Source: Trueperaceae bacterium (lineage in GTDB: Bacteria > Deinococcota > Deinococci > Deinococcales > Trueperaceae). From it: 64,000 nucleotides of DNA. The stretch is taken from positions 64,001 to 128,000 of the forward strand of contig JAXHNB010000002.1 in NCBI GenBank assembly GCA_034520945.1, given 5' to 3'. A program made the position numbers and the translations under genes. Of this stretch, positions 47,641-58,089 are shown piece by piece (within the stretch, counting starts at the first letter, position 1; every line of letters starts with the position of its first letter). The notes beneath the pieces were generated by a model. That model had not been told where the DNA came from, did no database searches, and saw only the letters and a list, made by a program, of their open reading frames with translations.

Positions 47641-48135
47641 ATGAATGCGGACGGACCGTCCACGAACAACGATGGAGGCAGCCGTCGCAGGCTGACGCGC
47701 CGGCGCGAGGGGCGCGTTCTCACCGGCGTGTGCGGCGGGATCGCCGACTATTTCGGGATCGAGCCGATCTGGATCCGCGGCGCGTTCGTACTGATCGTCG
47801 TCGCCGGCGGCGGATTGGGCGGCGGAGGCCTCGTCGCGTACCTGCTGCTCAGCCTGGTGATCCCCGCCCCGGAGGCCCCGAACGCCGACCCGCGCGAAAC
47901 GGTACGCCGCGGTGCCGACGACATGGCGCAGCGCCTGCGCGAAGGCTTGCGCCGGGCCCAGGGAGACGACGACCGCACACGCTCCACGTTGGGGTTGTTG
48001 CTCCTCGCATTGGGGGCGTTGTTCCTGTTGGAGGGGCTCGGCGCATTCGCGTGGTTGCACGCCGGGGTGGTGTGGCCGCTGCTCCTGATCGCCGCGGGCG
48101 CGTGGTTGCTCAGCCAGGGCGGGTTCTGGCGCTAG
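47641..48135 (+). CDS. PspC-domain membrane protein with a C-terminal LiaI/LiaF-like hairpin
   Basis: VLTGVCGGIADYFGI.P.WIR; WPLLLIAAG; GGAGG RBS. Confidence 0.85.
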   Translation: MNADGPSTNNDGGSRRRLTRRREGRVLTGVCGGIADYFGIEPIWIRGAFVLIVVAGGGLGGGGLVAYLLLSLVIPAPEAPNADPRETVRRGADDMAQRLREGLRRAQGDDDRTRSTLGLLLLALGALFLLEGLGAFAWLHAGVVWPLLLIAAGAWLLSQGGFWR

Positions 48136-48188
48136 CGACCGGGGGCGTCACGGCAGTCGAAAGCGCGCCATCGTCCCCGCCACCCGCT

Positions 48189-51164
48189 ATGGTGAACGAC
48201 GTGACGTTGCGAACCTTCGGGGCGTTGACGCTGGGCGACGGCACCTTCACCCGGCCGACACCGCTGATGCTGCTGGCGTACCTCGCGGTCGAGGGGCCGC
48301 GGGAGCGCCGCTTCCTGGCGCAGTTGTTCTGGCCGCACGCGGCGGATCCGCTGCGCAGCCTCGGCGTGGCGTTGGCGCGGCTCAGGCGCGGCGCCCCCGG
48401 GTCCATCGAAGCGGACGCCCAACGCGCCTGGGCGACGGTGCCGTCGGACGTCGACACCTTCCTGACCCGCTTGGAGGAGGGCGACGAATCCGGCGCCCTG
48501 GAGGCGTACCGCGGTCCGTTCCTCGCAGGCGTGGATCTGTCGCGTGCCGGCGTCGAACTCGAGGAGTGGGTGTACGCCACCCGTGAGCTGCTGGCCGTGC
48601 GGGCCGTCGGCGCCGCGCTCGAACTGGCCGAACGCGACGCGGCGGGCGGCCGGTTCGAGGCGGCCGCGCGGCGCGCCGCCGAGGCGTTGGACTGGGTGGA
48701 CGCGTCGGTGCTGGAACCGGAGGACCTCGTCCGCCTGCACGCCGTGCTCCGGGCAGGCGATCACCCCCGTGCCGCGGCGTTGCGCCGTGAAGCCGAGACG
48801 TACGGCCTCGAGCTGGATGCCTCGCGGCCCGAGGCGCGCGGGCGCCTGGGGCGCCGCTCGGCGAGCGTTCTCAGGCGCTCGCACCCCATGCTGGGGACGG
48901 CGTTCGTGGGGCGCGACCCCGAGTTGACGGAGGTGGCGTCGTACCTCTCGAAGCGGGACGGGCGGCTGCTCACGGTGGTCGGAGCGCCCGGGGTGGGCAA
49001 GACCCGCTTGGCGTTGCAGGTCGCCCACGAGCAGGCAGAGCTCGGGGCCTTCCGGGACGGGATCCACCTGGTCGCCCTGGAGGCCGTGAGCGACGCGCAC
49101 CGTGTGCCCGCGGCGATCGCCGAGGCGATGGGCCTGGACCTGGGCGCGGTGGGCGAACCGCTCGAGGCGGTGAAGGACGCACTGCGCGACGGCGACGCGT
49201 TGCTCGTGGTGGACAACGTCGAGCACGTGCTGGAGGGCACCACCGTCCTGCCCGCGCTGCTGGCGGAATGCCCCGGCCTGTCCATCCTGGTGACATCGCG
49301 CGAACGGCTGAACGTGCGGGAGGAGGAGGTGTTTCCGCTCGGCGGGCTGCCGCTGCCCGAGCACGATCCCCCCTTGGAGGAGGCGATCCGTCTGGATGCG
49401 GTCCGGTTGTTCGCGCAACGCGCCAAGCGGGCGCAGCCGAGCTTCGAACTGGACGAACGCACCATCTCGCACGTGCTCCGCATCTGCCGCGTGGTGGAGG
49501 GGCAACCGCTGTTGCTGGAACTGGCGGCCGTGTGGGTTCGGGTGCTGCCGTGCGCCGCGATCGCCGAGGAGATCGCGGGCAACCTCGACCTGATGACGAG
49601 CACGTCGCGGGACAGGCCGGAGCGGCACAAGAGCCTGCGCGGCACCTTCGAGCACTCCTGGAAGCTGCTGGGCGACGCGGAGCGCGAGGCGCTGAAGCAG
49701 CTCGCCGTGTTCCAGGGCGGCTTCGGGCGCGAGGCGGCCCGCCGGGTGGCGGGGGCCACGCTGGCGGTGCTCGCCTCGCTGGTGGATGCGTCGCTCCTCC
49801 GGGTGACGCCCGCCTGGCGCTACGACCGCCACCCCATGCTGCACGCCTTCACCAAGGAGAAGTTGGCCGAGGACCCCCAGGCGCAGGTGGCCGCCCGGGA
49901 GCGGCACGGCCTGTACTACGCGCGCCGCCTGCGAGAGCTGGCCGGCGAGCTGGACCTGGGGGGCGAACGCCAGCGCACGGCCCTGCGGTTCATCGACCAC
50001 GAACTCGAGAACGTGCGGGCCGCGTGGCGGTGGCTGGTCCACGATCAACGCGCCCGCGAACTCGAGGAGGGCAGCGAGGCGTTGCACCGCCTCCTGCAGC
50101 ACCGCGGCCGTCACCGCGAAGGCGAGGCGCTGCTGCGAGAGGCCATCGCCGGCCTGCGTGAGGACGCGTCCGAACACCGCTCGGCGCTGGGGGCGTTGCG
50201 GACCGCCCTGGCGGTGCTGGTGTACCGACTCGGCGACGTAGAGGAGGCCGAGACGCTGTCGCGGGAGGGGTTGCAGCGACTCCCCCAGGACCGCGCGGGG
50301 CCGGCGCATCACCGGGGGCTGAACACGCTGGGCTTGGCCGCATGGCGGCGTGGGGCGTGGGCCGAAAGCCGCGTCCTGTGGGAACAGGCCCTGTCACGTG
50401 CACGGCAGGGCGGACACCCCGTCTCCGTCTACACCTACCTGGTGAATCTGGCGGTCGTCGAACGCTCGGACGGGAACGTCGCGCAGGCCGAGGCCTACCT
50501 GCGTGAAGCCTTGCAGCTGATCCGAGCGCGCGAGGACCATATCAACATGGTGCTGGCGCTGAACAACCTGGGGGAGCTGGCGTTGATGCAGGATCAACCC
50601 GCAGCCGCGGAGGCCCGACTGGAGGAGGCGCTACAGCAGGCGGACGACCTTGGGGCCGACGAGCTGGTGCCGATGTGCCTTCTGAACCTGGCGCTGGCCG
50701 CCTTCGAGCAGCGACGGTTCCAGCGCGCGGCCAGCCGTACCGACGAGGCGCTGGAACGCCTGCAAGGCAGGGGGATGCGCACGCTCGAGATCGGGGCGCT
50801 GGCCCTAAAGGGGCGCGTCGCGGCCGCCCGCAGTCATCCGAAGGATGCCCGCGACGCGTTCGCGGCGTGCATCCGGGCGTTCGGAGAAAGCGGCGCCACC
50901 ACGGTCGTTCTCAAGGCTCTGGGCTGGATCGCCGAGTGGCACGCCCACGAAGGGCGCACCGCCAAGGCGGTCGAGATCGCACGACACGTGGTCGCCCATC
51001 CCGCCACCGAACCGGACGACCGCAAGGGCGGCGCGCGCCTGCTCGACGGGCTCGGCCGCGCTGCACGGGAGGGCGTGCAGGCCGAGGGCGCAGCCCACGA
51101 CCACGAGGCCCGCCTGCCGGAGCTGGTGGCCGAGGTGTCACGCGACGTGCTGCAGGGCGCGTGA
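48189..51164 (+). CDS. AfsR/SARP-like regulator: BTAD, STAND-type ATPase, TPR repeats
   Basis: LLAYLAVEGP..R..LA.LFW, YRGPFL, FVGR, GAPGVGKT, VVDN, TSRE, TPR helices; start 48189 or 48201. Confidence 0.88.
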   Translation: MVNDVTLRTFGALTLGDGTFTRPTPLMLLAYLAVEGPRERRFLAQLFWPHAADPLRSLGVALARLRRGAPGSIEADAQRAWATVPSDVDTFLTRLEEGDESGALEAYRGPFLAGVDLSRAGVELEEWVYATRELLAVRAVGAALELAERDAAGGRFEAAARRAAEALDWVDASVLEPEDLVRLHAVLRAGDHPRAAALRREAETYGLELDASRPEARGRLGRRSASVLRRSHPMLGTAFVGRDPELTEVASYLSKRDGRLLTVVGAPGVGKTRLALQVAHEQAELGAFRDGIHLVALEAVSDAHRVPAAIAEAMGLDLGAVGEPLEAVKDALRDGDALLVVDNVEHVLEGTTVLPALLAECPGLSILVTSRERLNVREEEVFPLGGLPLPEHDPPLEEAIRLDAVRLFAQRAKRAQPSFELDERTISHVLRICRVVEGQPLLLELAAVWVRVLPCAAIAEEIAGNLDLMTSTSRDRPERHKSLRGTFEHSWKLLGDAEREALKQLAVFQGGFGREAARRVAGATLAVLASLVDASLLRVTPAWRYDRHPMLHAFTKEKLAEDPQAQVAARERHGLYYARRLRELAGELDLGGERQRTALRFIDHELENVRAAWRWLVHDQRARELEEGSEALHRLLQHRGRHREGEALLREAIAGLREDASEHRSALGALRTALAVLVYRLGDVEEAETLSREGLQRLPQDRAGPAHHRGLNTLGLAAWRRGAWAESRVLWEQALSRARQGGHPVSVYTYLVNLAVVERSDGNVAQAEAYLREALQLIRAREDHINMVLALNNLGELALMQDQPAAAEARLEEALQQADDLGADELVPMCLLNLALAAFEQRRFQRAASRTDEALERLQGRGMRTLEIGALALKGRVAAARSHPKDARDAFAACIRAFGESGATTVVLKALGWIAEWHAHEGRTAKAVEIARHVVAHPATEPDDRKGGARLLDGLGRAAREGVQAEGAAHDHEARLPELVAEVSRDVLQGA

Positions 51165-51603
51165 TCCCGCCCGCCCAAGGGAACGGGGGGATCTCGTTTC
51201 GTGATGGCGCGGCTGGGGGCGGTGTTCAGCCGTCGCTGTCGCCGGAGGTCTGCTCGCCCTGCTTGGCGGCGGTCATCTTCTCGACCAGATCGGGAAGGTG
51301 CTCGAACAGCTCCGTGAACGCGCCGCGCTTGCCGGGTACCTCGCGACCATGGGCCGCTGCCCCGGCGGCGTCGCTTCGTGCGCGTTCACGGCGCAGCACG
51401 TCTCGCTGCAGCAGGCGCAGGCGCCACGCACCGCGCCCGGGCTCGAACGTCACGCCGATCGCCAGCCAGCGCACCCTCACCCGCGCCGGTCCGTCCCCTC
51501 GGGGGCGTGGCCGGACGATGCGCGGGAGGCTCGAGCAGAATGCGTGACGAACGGCGCCCACGGCCGGCCGTCCGGGGGCGTAGGATGACGTCCGGAGGTG
51601 GGC

Positions 51604-52593
51604 ATGACGCACGTCACCACGCGTGCCGGCGAACGCGAAGCCGCCCCGCGCGCCAGCACGCCGGTGTTCGCGTGCCGGGGCCTTCGCAAGCGGTTCGGCG
51701 CCACCACTGCAGTCGACGACGTGGGATTTCACGTCGAGGCGGGTGAGGCGTACGGCCTCCTGGGCCCCAACGGCGCGGGGAAGACCACGACCATCATGAT
51801 GGCGTGCGGCCTGCTTCGCGCCGACGCCGGCGAGGTCGTCGTCGCCGGCACGAGGCTCGCCGACGCGCCGGAGGCGGCCAAGGCATCGATCGGGTACGTG
51901 CCGCAGGAGATCGCCCTCTACCCGGACCTGACGGCCGAGGAGAACCTGACGTTCTTCGGGCGCCTGTACGGCTTGCACGGCCGGGCGCTGCGGGTGCGGG
52001 TGGAGGAGGTGCTGGACCTCGTGGCCCTGCGCGAGCGTGCACGCGAGCGCATCGACACCTTCTCGGGCGGCATGAAACGGCGCATCAACATCGCGGCGGG
52101 CCTGCTGCACCGGCCGAAGCTGTTGGTGCTGGACGAACCGACGGTCGGCGTCGACCCACAGAGCCGGCACGCGATCCTGCAGCGCGTCGCGGAGCTGAAC
52201 CGGGCGGGCATGGCGTTGTTGTTCACCTCGCACTACATGGAGGAGGTCGAACGCGTCTGCGATCGCGTCGGGATCATGGACGGGGGCCGGATGATCGCCG
52301 AAGGCACCCGCCGGGAGCTGGTCGCCTCGATGGGGAAGGCCGACCGGGTCGAGTTGGACGTCGACGGCGACGCGGCGGCGTTGGCCCGCGCCTGCGAGAC
52401 GCTGGCGGACGTGACGCAGGCACGGGCCAGCGAGCGACGCGTGACGCTCCTCGCCCACGGGGGCCGCAACCTGCTCCCGGCACTGCTGGGGGCGGCCCGG
52501 GACGCGGGGGTCGACGTCACCGGCGTGCAGGTCATCGAACCCGACCTCGAAGCGGTGTTCCTCCACCTCACCGGAAAGGCGCTGCGGGATTGA
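51604..52593 (+). CDS. ABC-2 exporter ATP-binding protein (LnrL-like)
   Basis: GPNGAGKT, FSGGMKRR, LDEPTVGVDPQSR, LEAVFLHLTGKALRD. Confidence 0.93.
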   Translation: MTHVTTRAGEREAAPRASTPVFACRGLRKRFGATTAVDDVGFHVEAGEAYGLLGPNGAGKTTTIMMACGLLRADAGEVVVAGTRLADAPEAAKASIGYVPQEIALYPDLTAEENLTFFGRLYGLHGRALRVRVEEVLDLVALRERARERIDTFSGGMKRRINIAAGLLHRPKLLVLDEPTVGVDPQSRHAILQRVAELNRAGMALLFTSHYMEEVERVCDRVGIMDGGRMIAEGTRRELVASMGKADRVELDVDGDAAALARACETLADVTQARASERRVTLLAHGGRNLLPALLGAARDAGVDVTGVQVIEPDLEAVFLHLTGKALRD

Positions 52594-52609
52594 CGATGCG
52601 AGACGAACG

Positions 52610-53836
52610 ATGCGCACGGCCCTCCTGATCGCCGCTCGCGAGCTGCGCGGCCGGCTGCGGGACCGCTCGGCGCTGATCCTCGGCTTCGTCGCGCCGGTGG
52701 GGCTGGCCCTGATCATCGCGTTCGCGTTCCAGGGCGGAGGCGACGCCTTCCACGCCGAGGTCGGCGTGGTGGACCTCGACGGTGGCCGCATGGCTGCGAT
52801 CTTCACCGACGACGTGCTGGGCTCCGACGAAATTCGTGAGGTCTTCGACGTCCGCGCGTTCGAGGGTCGCGCGGCCGCGGAGGCTGCACTGGAGGCGGGC
52901 GAGGTCAGCGCGGTGTTCGTGCTGCAGCCGGGCCTGTCGCGGATCACGGTGGTGCGCGCGGCCCGTGCGCCGGTGGCGGGCCAGATCGCGCTCGCCATCG
53001 CGGAGAGCTTCGCGGCACGGGTCGACGGCGTGTCGCAGGCGATCGGGTTGCACGTGATGGTCGAGCTGTTCGGTTCCGGTGCGTTCGGTCCCGACGGCTT
53101 CGCGCCCAGCGGGTTCCGGGCCGAGCGCTTCGATGCGGCGCCCTTCGGCTCGGACGAAATGACGGCGCTGGCGACCTCCGTGGCGGAGGCGCCGCTACCC
53201 CTGGAGCTGGTGGGGGCCTCCGCCGGGCGTCACGCGTTGTCGTCCGCCAGCTACTACGGACCCGGCATGGCGATGCTGTTCGTGTTTTTCCTGTTGGCCG
53301 CGGCGCCTCGCAGCCTGTTGGCCGAAGCGAGGTTGGGCACGCTGGCGCGGATTCGCGCGGCGCCCGTGTCCCTGGCGGCCGTTCTGGCGGGCAAGGCGAT
53401 CGCCGTCGGGGTCCTCGCCTTGCTCAGCATGGGCACCGTCTGGGCGGTCACGGCCTGGGTGTTCGGCGCCAGCTGGGGCGACCCCTTGGCGGTGGTGGCG
53501 TTGATGGTGGCGTTCGTGCTGGCGGCCTTGGCCATCGCCACGCTGGTGTCGGTGTACGCCCGCACCGAGGCGCAGGCGGACGGCGCCGTGTCGGTGGTGG
53601 CGTTCGTGCTGGCGATGGTGGGTGGGAACTTTTTGTACCTCGGCGACATGCCCCCGGTGTTGCAGCGGGTCGCCATGGCCACGCCCAACGGCTGGGCGCT
53701 GCAAGGGTTCGTGCGCCTCACCGCCGATGGTGGCGGGGTAGGAAGCGTGCTGGGGCCCATTGCCGCCATCCTTGTCTTCGCCGGCGTCGCCCTTGCGGCG
53801 GCCGTTCCCGGCATACGGAGCTGGATCGCGACATGA
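52610..53836 (+). CDS. ABC-2 exporter permease
   Basis: RDRSAL, large external loop, E...GTLARI, TPNGWA. Confidence 0.88.
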   Translation: MRTALLIAARELRGRLRDRSALILGFVAPVGLALIIAFAFQGGGDAFHAEVGVVDLDGGRMAAIFTDDVLGSDEIREVFDVRAFEGRAAAEAALEAGEVSAVFVLQPGLSRITVVRAARAPVAGQIALAIAESFAARVDGVSQAIGLHVMVELFGSGAFGPDGFAPSGFRAERFDAAPFGSDEMTALATSVAEAPLPLELVGASAGRHALSSASYYGPGMAMLFVFFLLAAAPRSLLAEARLGTLARIRAAPVSLAAVLAGKAIAVGVLALLSMGTVWAVTAWVFGASWGDPLAVVALMVAFVLAALAIATLVSVYARTEAQADGAVSVVAFVLAMVGGNFLYLGDMPPVLQRVAMATPNGWALQGFVRLTADGGGVGSVLGPIAAILVFAGVALAAAVPGIRSWIAT

Positions 53837-55044
53837 GCCGGACCCACACGAACCGAACCGGTTGGTTTCGCGTCGTCGCGGCCGTCATCGCCGCGAACCT
53901 GCGGCGCCTCTCCAATGATCGCACCGCGCTGGTGTTCATGGTGGCCGTTCCCTTCCTGCTGATCCTGATCATCGGGGTCGCGGTGCCCAGCCCGGACGAC
54001 GCCGGTCCCCGGCCCCTCGGGGCGGTCGCGCCCCCCGGGCCGGGGTTGGCGGCGCAGGTCATGGAGCGCCTGAGGGCCGACCCCATGCTGGACGTGACCT
54101 CCTACCCGGACGAGGCGGCCCTCCGCGCCGCCGTTCGGCGTGGCCGCGAGGTGGCCGGGGTGGTCGTTCCGGCCGACGTCGAAGATCGCCTCCGGCGGGG
54201 CGCCCCTACGAAGGTGACCTTCCTGACCGACCCTTCGCGCGCGCCCCCGATGACGGTCCGAACGCACGTGCTGCGGGTCGTCGCCGAGGTGGGGGCCAGC
54301 ATGCGGAGCGCACGGTTCGTGGCCGAGGGCACCGGAATCTCGCTGGAGGCGGCGCTCGCGGCGACGGGCGACGTGCCGGTGTTCGGCAGCACCGACGTGG
54401 TCAGCGAGACGTACGGCGAGGCGCGCGCGGCCCTCCTCGGCGGCTTCGCGTTCGCCGCCCCCCGCTACCTGGTGCTGTTCGTGTTCATCAACACGCTCGT
54501 GGCGGCGTGGGGCATGCCCGCCGATCGCGCGGCCGGATTGGCGCGCCGTACCTTCGCGGCCCCCACCGGCGCCACGGCGCTGCTGCTCGGGGAAGCGGGC
54601 TACCGAATGCTGGTGGCGGTCCTTCAGGCAGCGCTGATCGTAGTCGTGGGCGCCGTTGCGTTCGGCGTCGCGTGGGGCGACCCATGGGGGGTGGCCGCGC
54701 TCATTGCGCTGCTGGCGGCGGTGTCGACCGGGGCGGCGGTGCTGTTGGGGTCGCTGGCCCGTACGCCACAGCAGATCACGGCGCTGGCCCCACCGATCGG
54801 CATCGCGCTCGGGATGCTGGGGGGCTGCATGTGGCCGCTGGAGATCGTCGGGCCGACCCTGCGCGCGATTGCGCACGCCACGCCGCACGCGTGGGCGGTC
54901 CAGGCGTTCACCCGCCTCGTCGGCGACGGCGCCGGCCTGAGCGACATCACCCGGGAGTTGGCAGTGCTGGCGTCGTTCGCAGCGGTGTTCCTGGCGATGG
55001 GCCTGGTCGCGTACCGGCGGGCGTTGCGGGACGGGCCCGCCTGA
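53833..55044 (+). CDS. ABC-2 exporter permease
   Basis: NDRTAL, MLGGCMWPLEI, TPHAWA. Confidence 0.88.
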   Translation: MSRTHTNRTGWFRVVAAVIAANLRRLSNDRTALVFMVAVPFLLILIIGVAVPSPDDAGPRPLGAVAPPGPGLAAQVMERLRADPMLDVTSYPDEAALRAAVRRGREVAGVVVPADVEDRLRRGAPTKVTFLTDPSRAPPMTVRTHVLRVVAEVGASMRSARFVAEGTGISLEAALAATGDVPVFGSTDVVSETYGEARAALLGGFAFAAPRYLVLFVFINTLVAAWGMPADRAAGLARRTFAAPTGATALLLGEAGYRMLVAVLQAALIVVVGAVAFGVAWGDPWGVAALIALLAAVSTGAAVLLGSLARTPQQITALAPPIGIALGMLGGCMWPLEIVGPTLRAIAHATPHAWAVQAFTRLVGDGAGLSDITRELAVLASFAAVFLAMGLVAYRRALRDGPA

Positions 55045-55133
55045 ACGGACCCGCCTGATCGGGGGGCTGGGTGCTGGGCGTGCAGCGCGTCGACGCGTTC
55101 GACGGCGTGCCCCGCGCCGGCTACCATGGCGGC

Positions 55134-56198
55134 ATGACCGATCATGCGAACGGCGCGCGTCCTCGGGTCGCGTGGCTGGCTCGAGCGGCCGCGTGCCTGG
55201 CCGCGCTCGCCTTTCTAGGGTCCGTGGCGCACGCGGACCCTACCTACTACGTCAACACGGCGCGTGACGCACCCGCGGCGTTTCTCACCCTGGACCTCGC
55301 AGACGACGGCACCCTCCATGGGCGCGTGCTGGGCGATCCCGCCCGGCACGGCGCCATGGCGCGCACCTTCGGGGCCGACGTCCAGCGCGAAGGCGGCCGC
55401 GTCCGCGCCGTCGTGTCCGCCGAGCTGGCCGGCGCCCCGGCAGCACGCCTCCCGGCGGACGGCCGCTGGACGACGACCACAGGCCAGGAGGACGCATGGT
55501 CGCTCACGGTGGAGGCCGACGCAGGCGCCGACGACGCCAGCCTCGACCCGTTCGGCACGGCGCAGGTGACGTGGCCCGGCGGGGCGGGGCGCCCGCGTGG
55601 CACCACCACCTTCCGCGGGATCGGCGCGACGGTGCACGAACGCGTCGGCCCGGGCGACGGACCGGTGGGGGCCCGCCGCAGCGTCCCCCGCTTCCACGCC
55701 TCCCCGTGGCGCGAACTGGACCTCGCGGCCACGCTGGGCGGTGTGGCGGACGCCATGCTCCAAGACCCACCCCCTGGGGCGCAGGGCGACGACGGTGGGG
55801 ACGTGTCCGCCCGGCAGGTCGTGCGAACCACCGCCCTCACGGATTCCCTGGTGAGCGTCCTGGTCGTGCAATATGCCCCGTCGGGTGACGTGGAGGCGCC
55901 GACGAGGCTTGCGTCTTGGACGTGGGTCGGCGACGGTCGCGCCTGGCGTGCAGCGTCGGCATGCCAGGCCGCCCGTGCGCTGGTGTACCCCTGCGACGAA
56001 GCGGCGCTCCGGGCCGCCGTGGTCGCGGCCGTGGAGCAGGAGGACCCGGGACGGCTGCGGATGGACGCCGCGCCGTCATTGGACATCTTCACCATCGGCA
56101 TTCGCGGGATCACGGTGTGGTTGCCGGCCGAGGGGGACGATCCACGGGCGCGACACCCGATCGCTGTGCGCGTGCCCTACCACGACCTGCGGCCGTAG
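55134..56198 (+). CDS. Secreted hypothetical protein
   Basis: Signal peptide ending AHA-DP; TACCAT 6 nt before ATG 55134; no family recognised. Confidence 0.6.
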   Translation: MTDHANGARPRVAWLARAAACLAALAFLGSVAHADPTYYVNTARDAPAAFLTLDLADDGTLHGRVLGDPARHGAMARTFGADVQREGGRVRAVVSAELAGAPAARLPADGRWTTTTGQEDAWSLTVEADAGADDASLDPFGTAQVTWPGGAGRPRGTTTFRGIGATVHERVGPGDGPVGARRSVPRFHASPWRELDLAATLGGVADAMLQDPPPGAQGDDGGDVSARQVVRTTALTDSLVSVLVVQYAPSGDVEAPTRLASWTWVGDGRAWRAASACQAARALVYPCDEAALRAAVVAAVEQEDPGRLRMDAAPSLDIFTIGIRGITVWLPAEGDDPRARHPIAVRVPYHDLRP

Positions 56199-56393
56199 CT
56201 GAGGCTCGGGTTCCCTTCGGCGCGCCGGCCGCGAGGCGATCGCGCTGGATCATGACGCGGAGGCCCCGTCGCGGTACCGTCCCAAGCCATGGACCCGTAT
56301 GCACGGCACGACGCCCGGCATCGGGCAGGCGCGGCGGCGCACGCCGCGACCCGCGCTCCCCGTTCGATCTTCACGCCCCGCGGTCCCGCCTAG

Positions 56394-58075
56394 ATGCACC
56401 ATGGCGGACAGTCGCTGGTCGACACCCTGTGCGCGCACGGGTCGACACGGTGTTCACCGTCCCAACCGAGAGGTTCCTGCCCATACTGGACGCCTTGTAC
56501 GACGTTCAGGACGAGATTCGGCTGGTGTCGACGCGGCACGAGGAGGGCGATGCCTTCGCGGCCGAGGCGCAGGCCAAGGCGACGGGCCGGCCCGGGGTGT
56601 GCATGGTCACGCGGGGCGTCGGCGCGACGCACGCCGCCATCGCGATTCACACCGCGATGCAGGACGCATCGCCGCTGGTGGTGCTGGTCGGTCAGGTCTC
56701 CACCCAGCACGCCTGGCGCGAGGCGTTCCAAGAACTCGATCTGCCGCACGCCTTCGGCGCCATCGCCAAGTGGACGCTGGAGGTGCCGCACACCGACCGG
56801 CTGCCCGAACTGATTCGCCAGGCGTTCAAGGTGGCCTCCACGGGACGTCCGGGGCCCGTGCTCGTCGGTCTTCCCGACGACGTTCTGTTCGGGCGTTCGG
56901 CCGCGGACGTGCCTTCGCCCGTCGTCGTGCGCGCCCCCTCCGCCCATGCGGACGACGTGACGCGTACCCTCGAGGCGCTTCGGAGCGCGCAACGGCCCGC
57001 CCTGCTGGTCGGCCGCGAGGTGCTCACGGGCGCGTGCGTGCCCGCTGTCGTGCGGCTGGCCGAGCGGATGGGCGTGCCCGCCTTCACGGCCTTCCGACGC
57101 TTCGACGCCTTCCCCAACGACCACGAACATTACGCCGGCAACGTCGCCTTGGGGACGCCAGCGTCCGCCTTGTTCGGCCTGTACGACGCGGACGTGGTGC
57201 TTTTCCTCGGCGACCGTTTCGACGCGTTCACGGCGCACGGATACCGGCTGGACTTCGCCGGCGCCACGTTGATCCACGTCGCGTCGGACGCGTCGCTGCT
57301 GGGCACCTGGGGCGCGGCGCCGCTGGGCATCGTGGCCCACCCCGCCTCCTTCGTGCAGGCCTGCCTGGACGCGCTAGCCAGAGGCGAAGCGTCCCGGGCC
57401 GAGGCTGCGGCGCACGATCCGGCCCGCGCCGATTGGGTCGCGCGCTGCCGGGCCGCCTACCTGGAGGCAGCACGGTACGAGGCGCCGTTCGGGCCGGAGG
57501 GTGGGGGCGTCAACCTGAGCGCGGTAATGAAGTCGATCCAGACCCTCGCGCCGCGTTCGACGGCGCTGGTGACCGATGCCGGCAACTTCTCGGCCTGGGT
57601 GTCGCGCTACGTTCGGTTCACGGAGCCGCACACCCACTTCGGGCCCATCTCGGGGGCGATGGGGTACGCCGTGCCGGCTGCCGTGGGGCTGGCCCTGGCG
57701 AACGCCGACCGGCCGGTGGTCGCGCTCGCGGGCGACGGCGGGTTTCCGATGACCATGAGCGAACTGGCCGTGGCCCGCGCCTGGGACCTCGACATCGTGT
57801 TCGTCGTGTTCGTGAACCACCAGTACGCCACCATCCGCATGCACCAGGAGCGGCACTACCCGGGCCGCCCCATCGCGAGCGACCTCGCCAACCCCTCGTT
57901 CGCGGGGATCGCGCAGGCGTACGGCATCGAGGCGCATCGCGTCTGGGACGAGCCGGGCTTCGACGAGGCGTTCCGGGCCGCCCTCGCCGCGAAGGGGCCC
58001 GTCCTGCTCGAGGTCTTCGAGGGGGACGAGAAGCTCTCCGCCTGGGCCGCCCCCGTGACCGGCACGCCGGCCTGA
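56394..58075 (+). pseudogene. Thiamine-diphosphate-dependent enzyme (acetolactate synthase-like), frameshifted at about 56440
   Basis: RHE, VTRG, GRPGPV, GAMGY, GDGG..N motifs. The N-terminus MHHGGQSLVDTLCAHG is one base out of frame with VDTVFTVP. Confidence 0.7.
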
Positions 58076-58089
58076 GGCACGCGCTTCAC

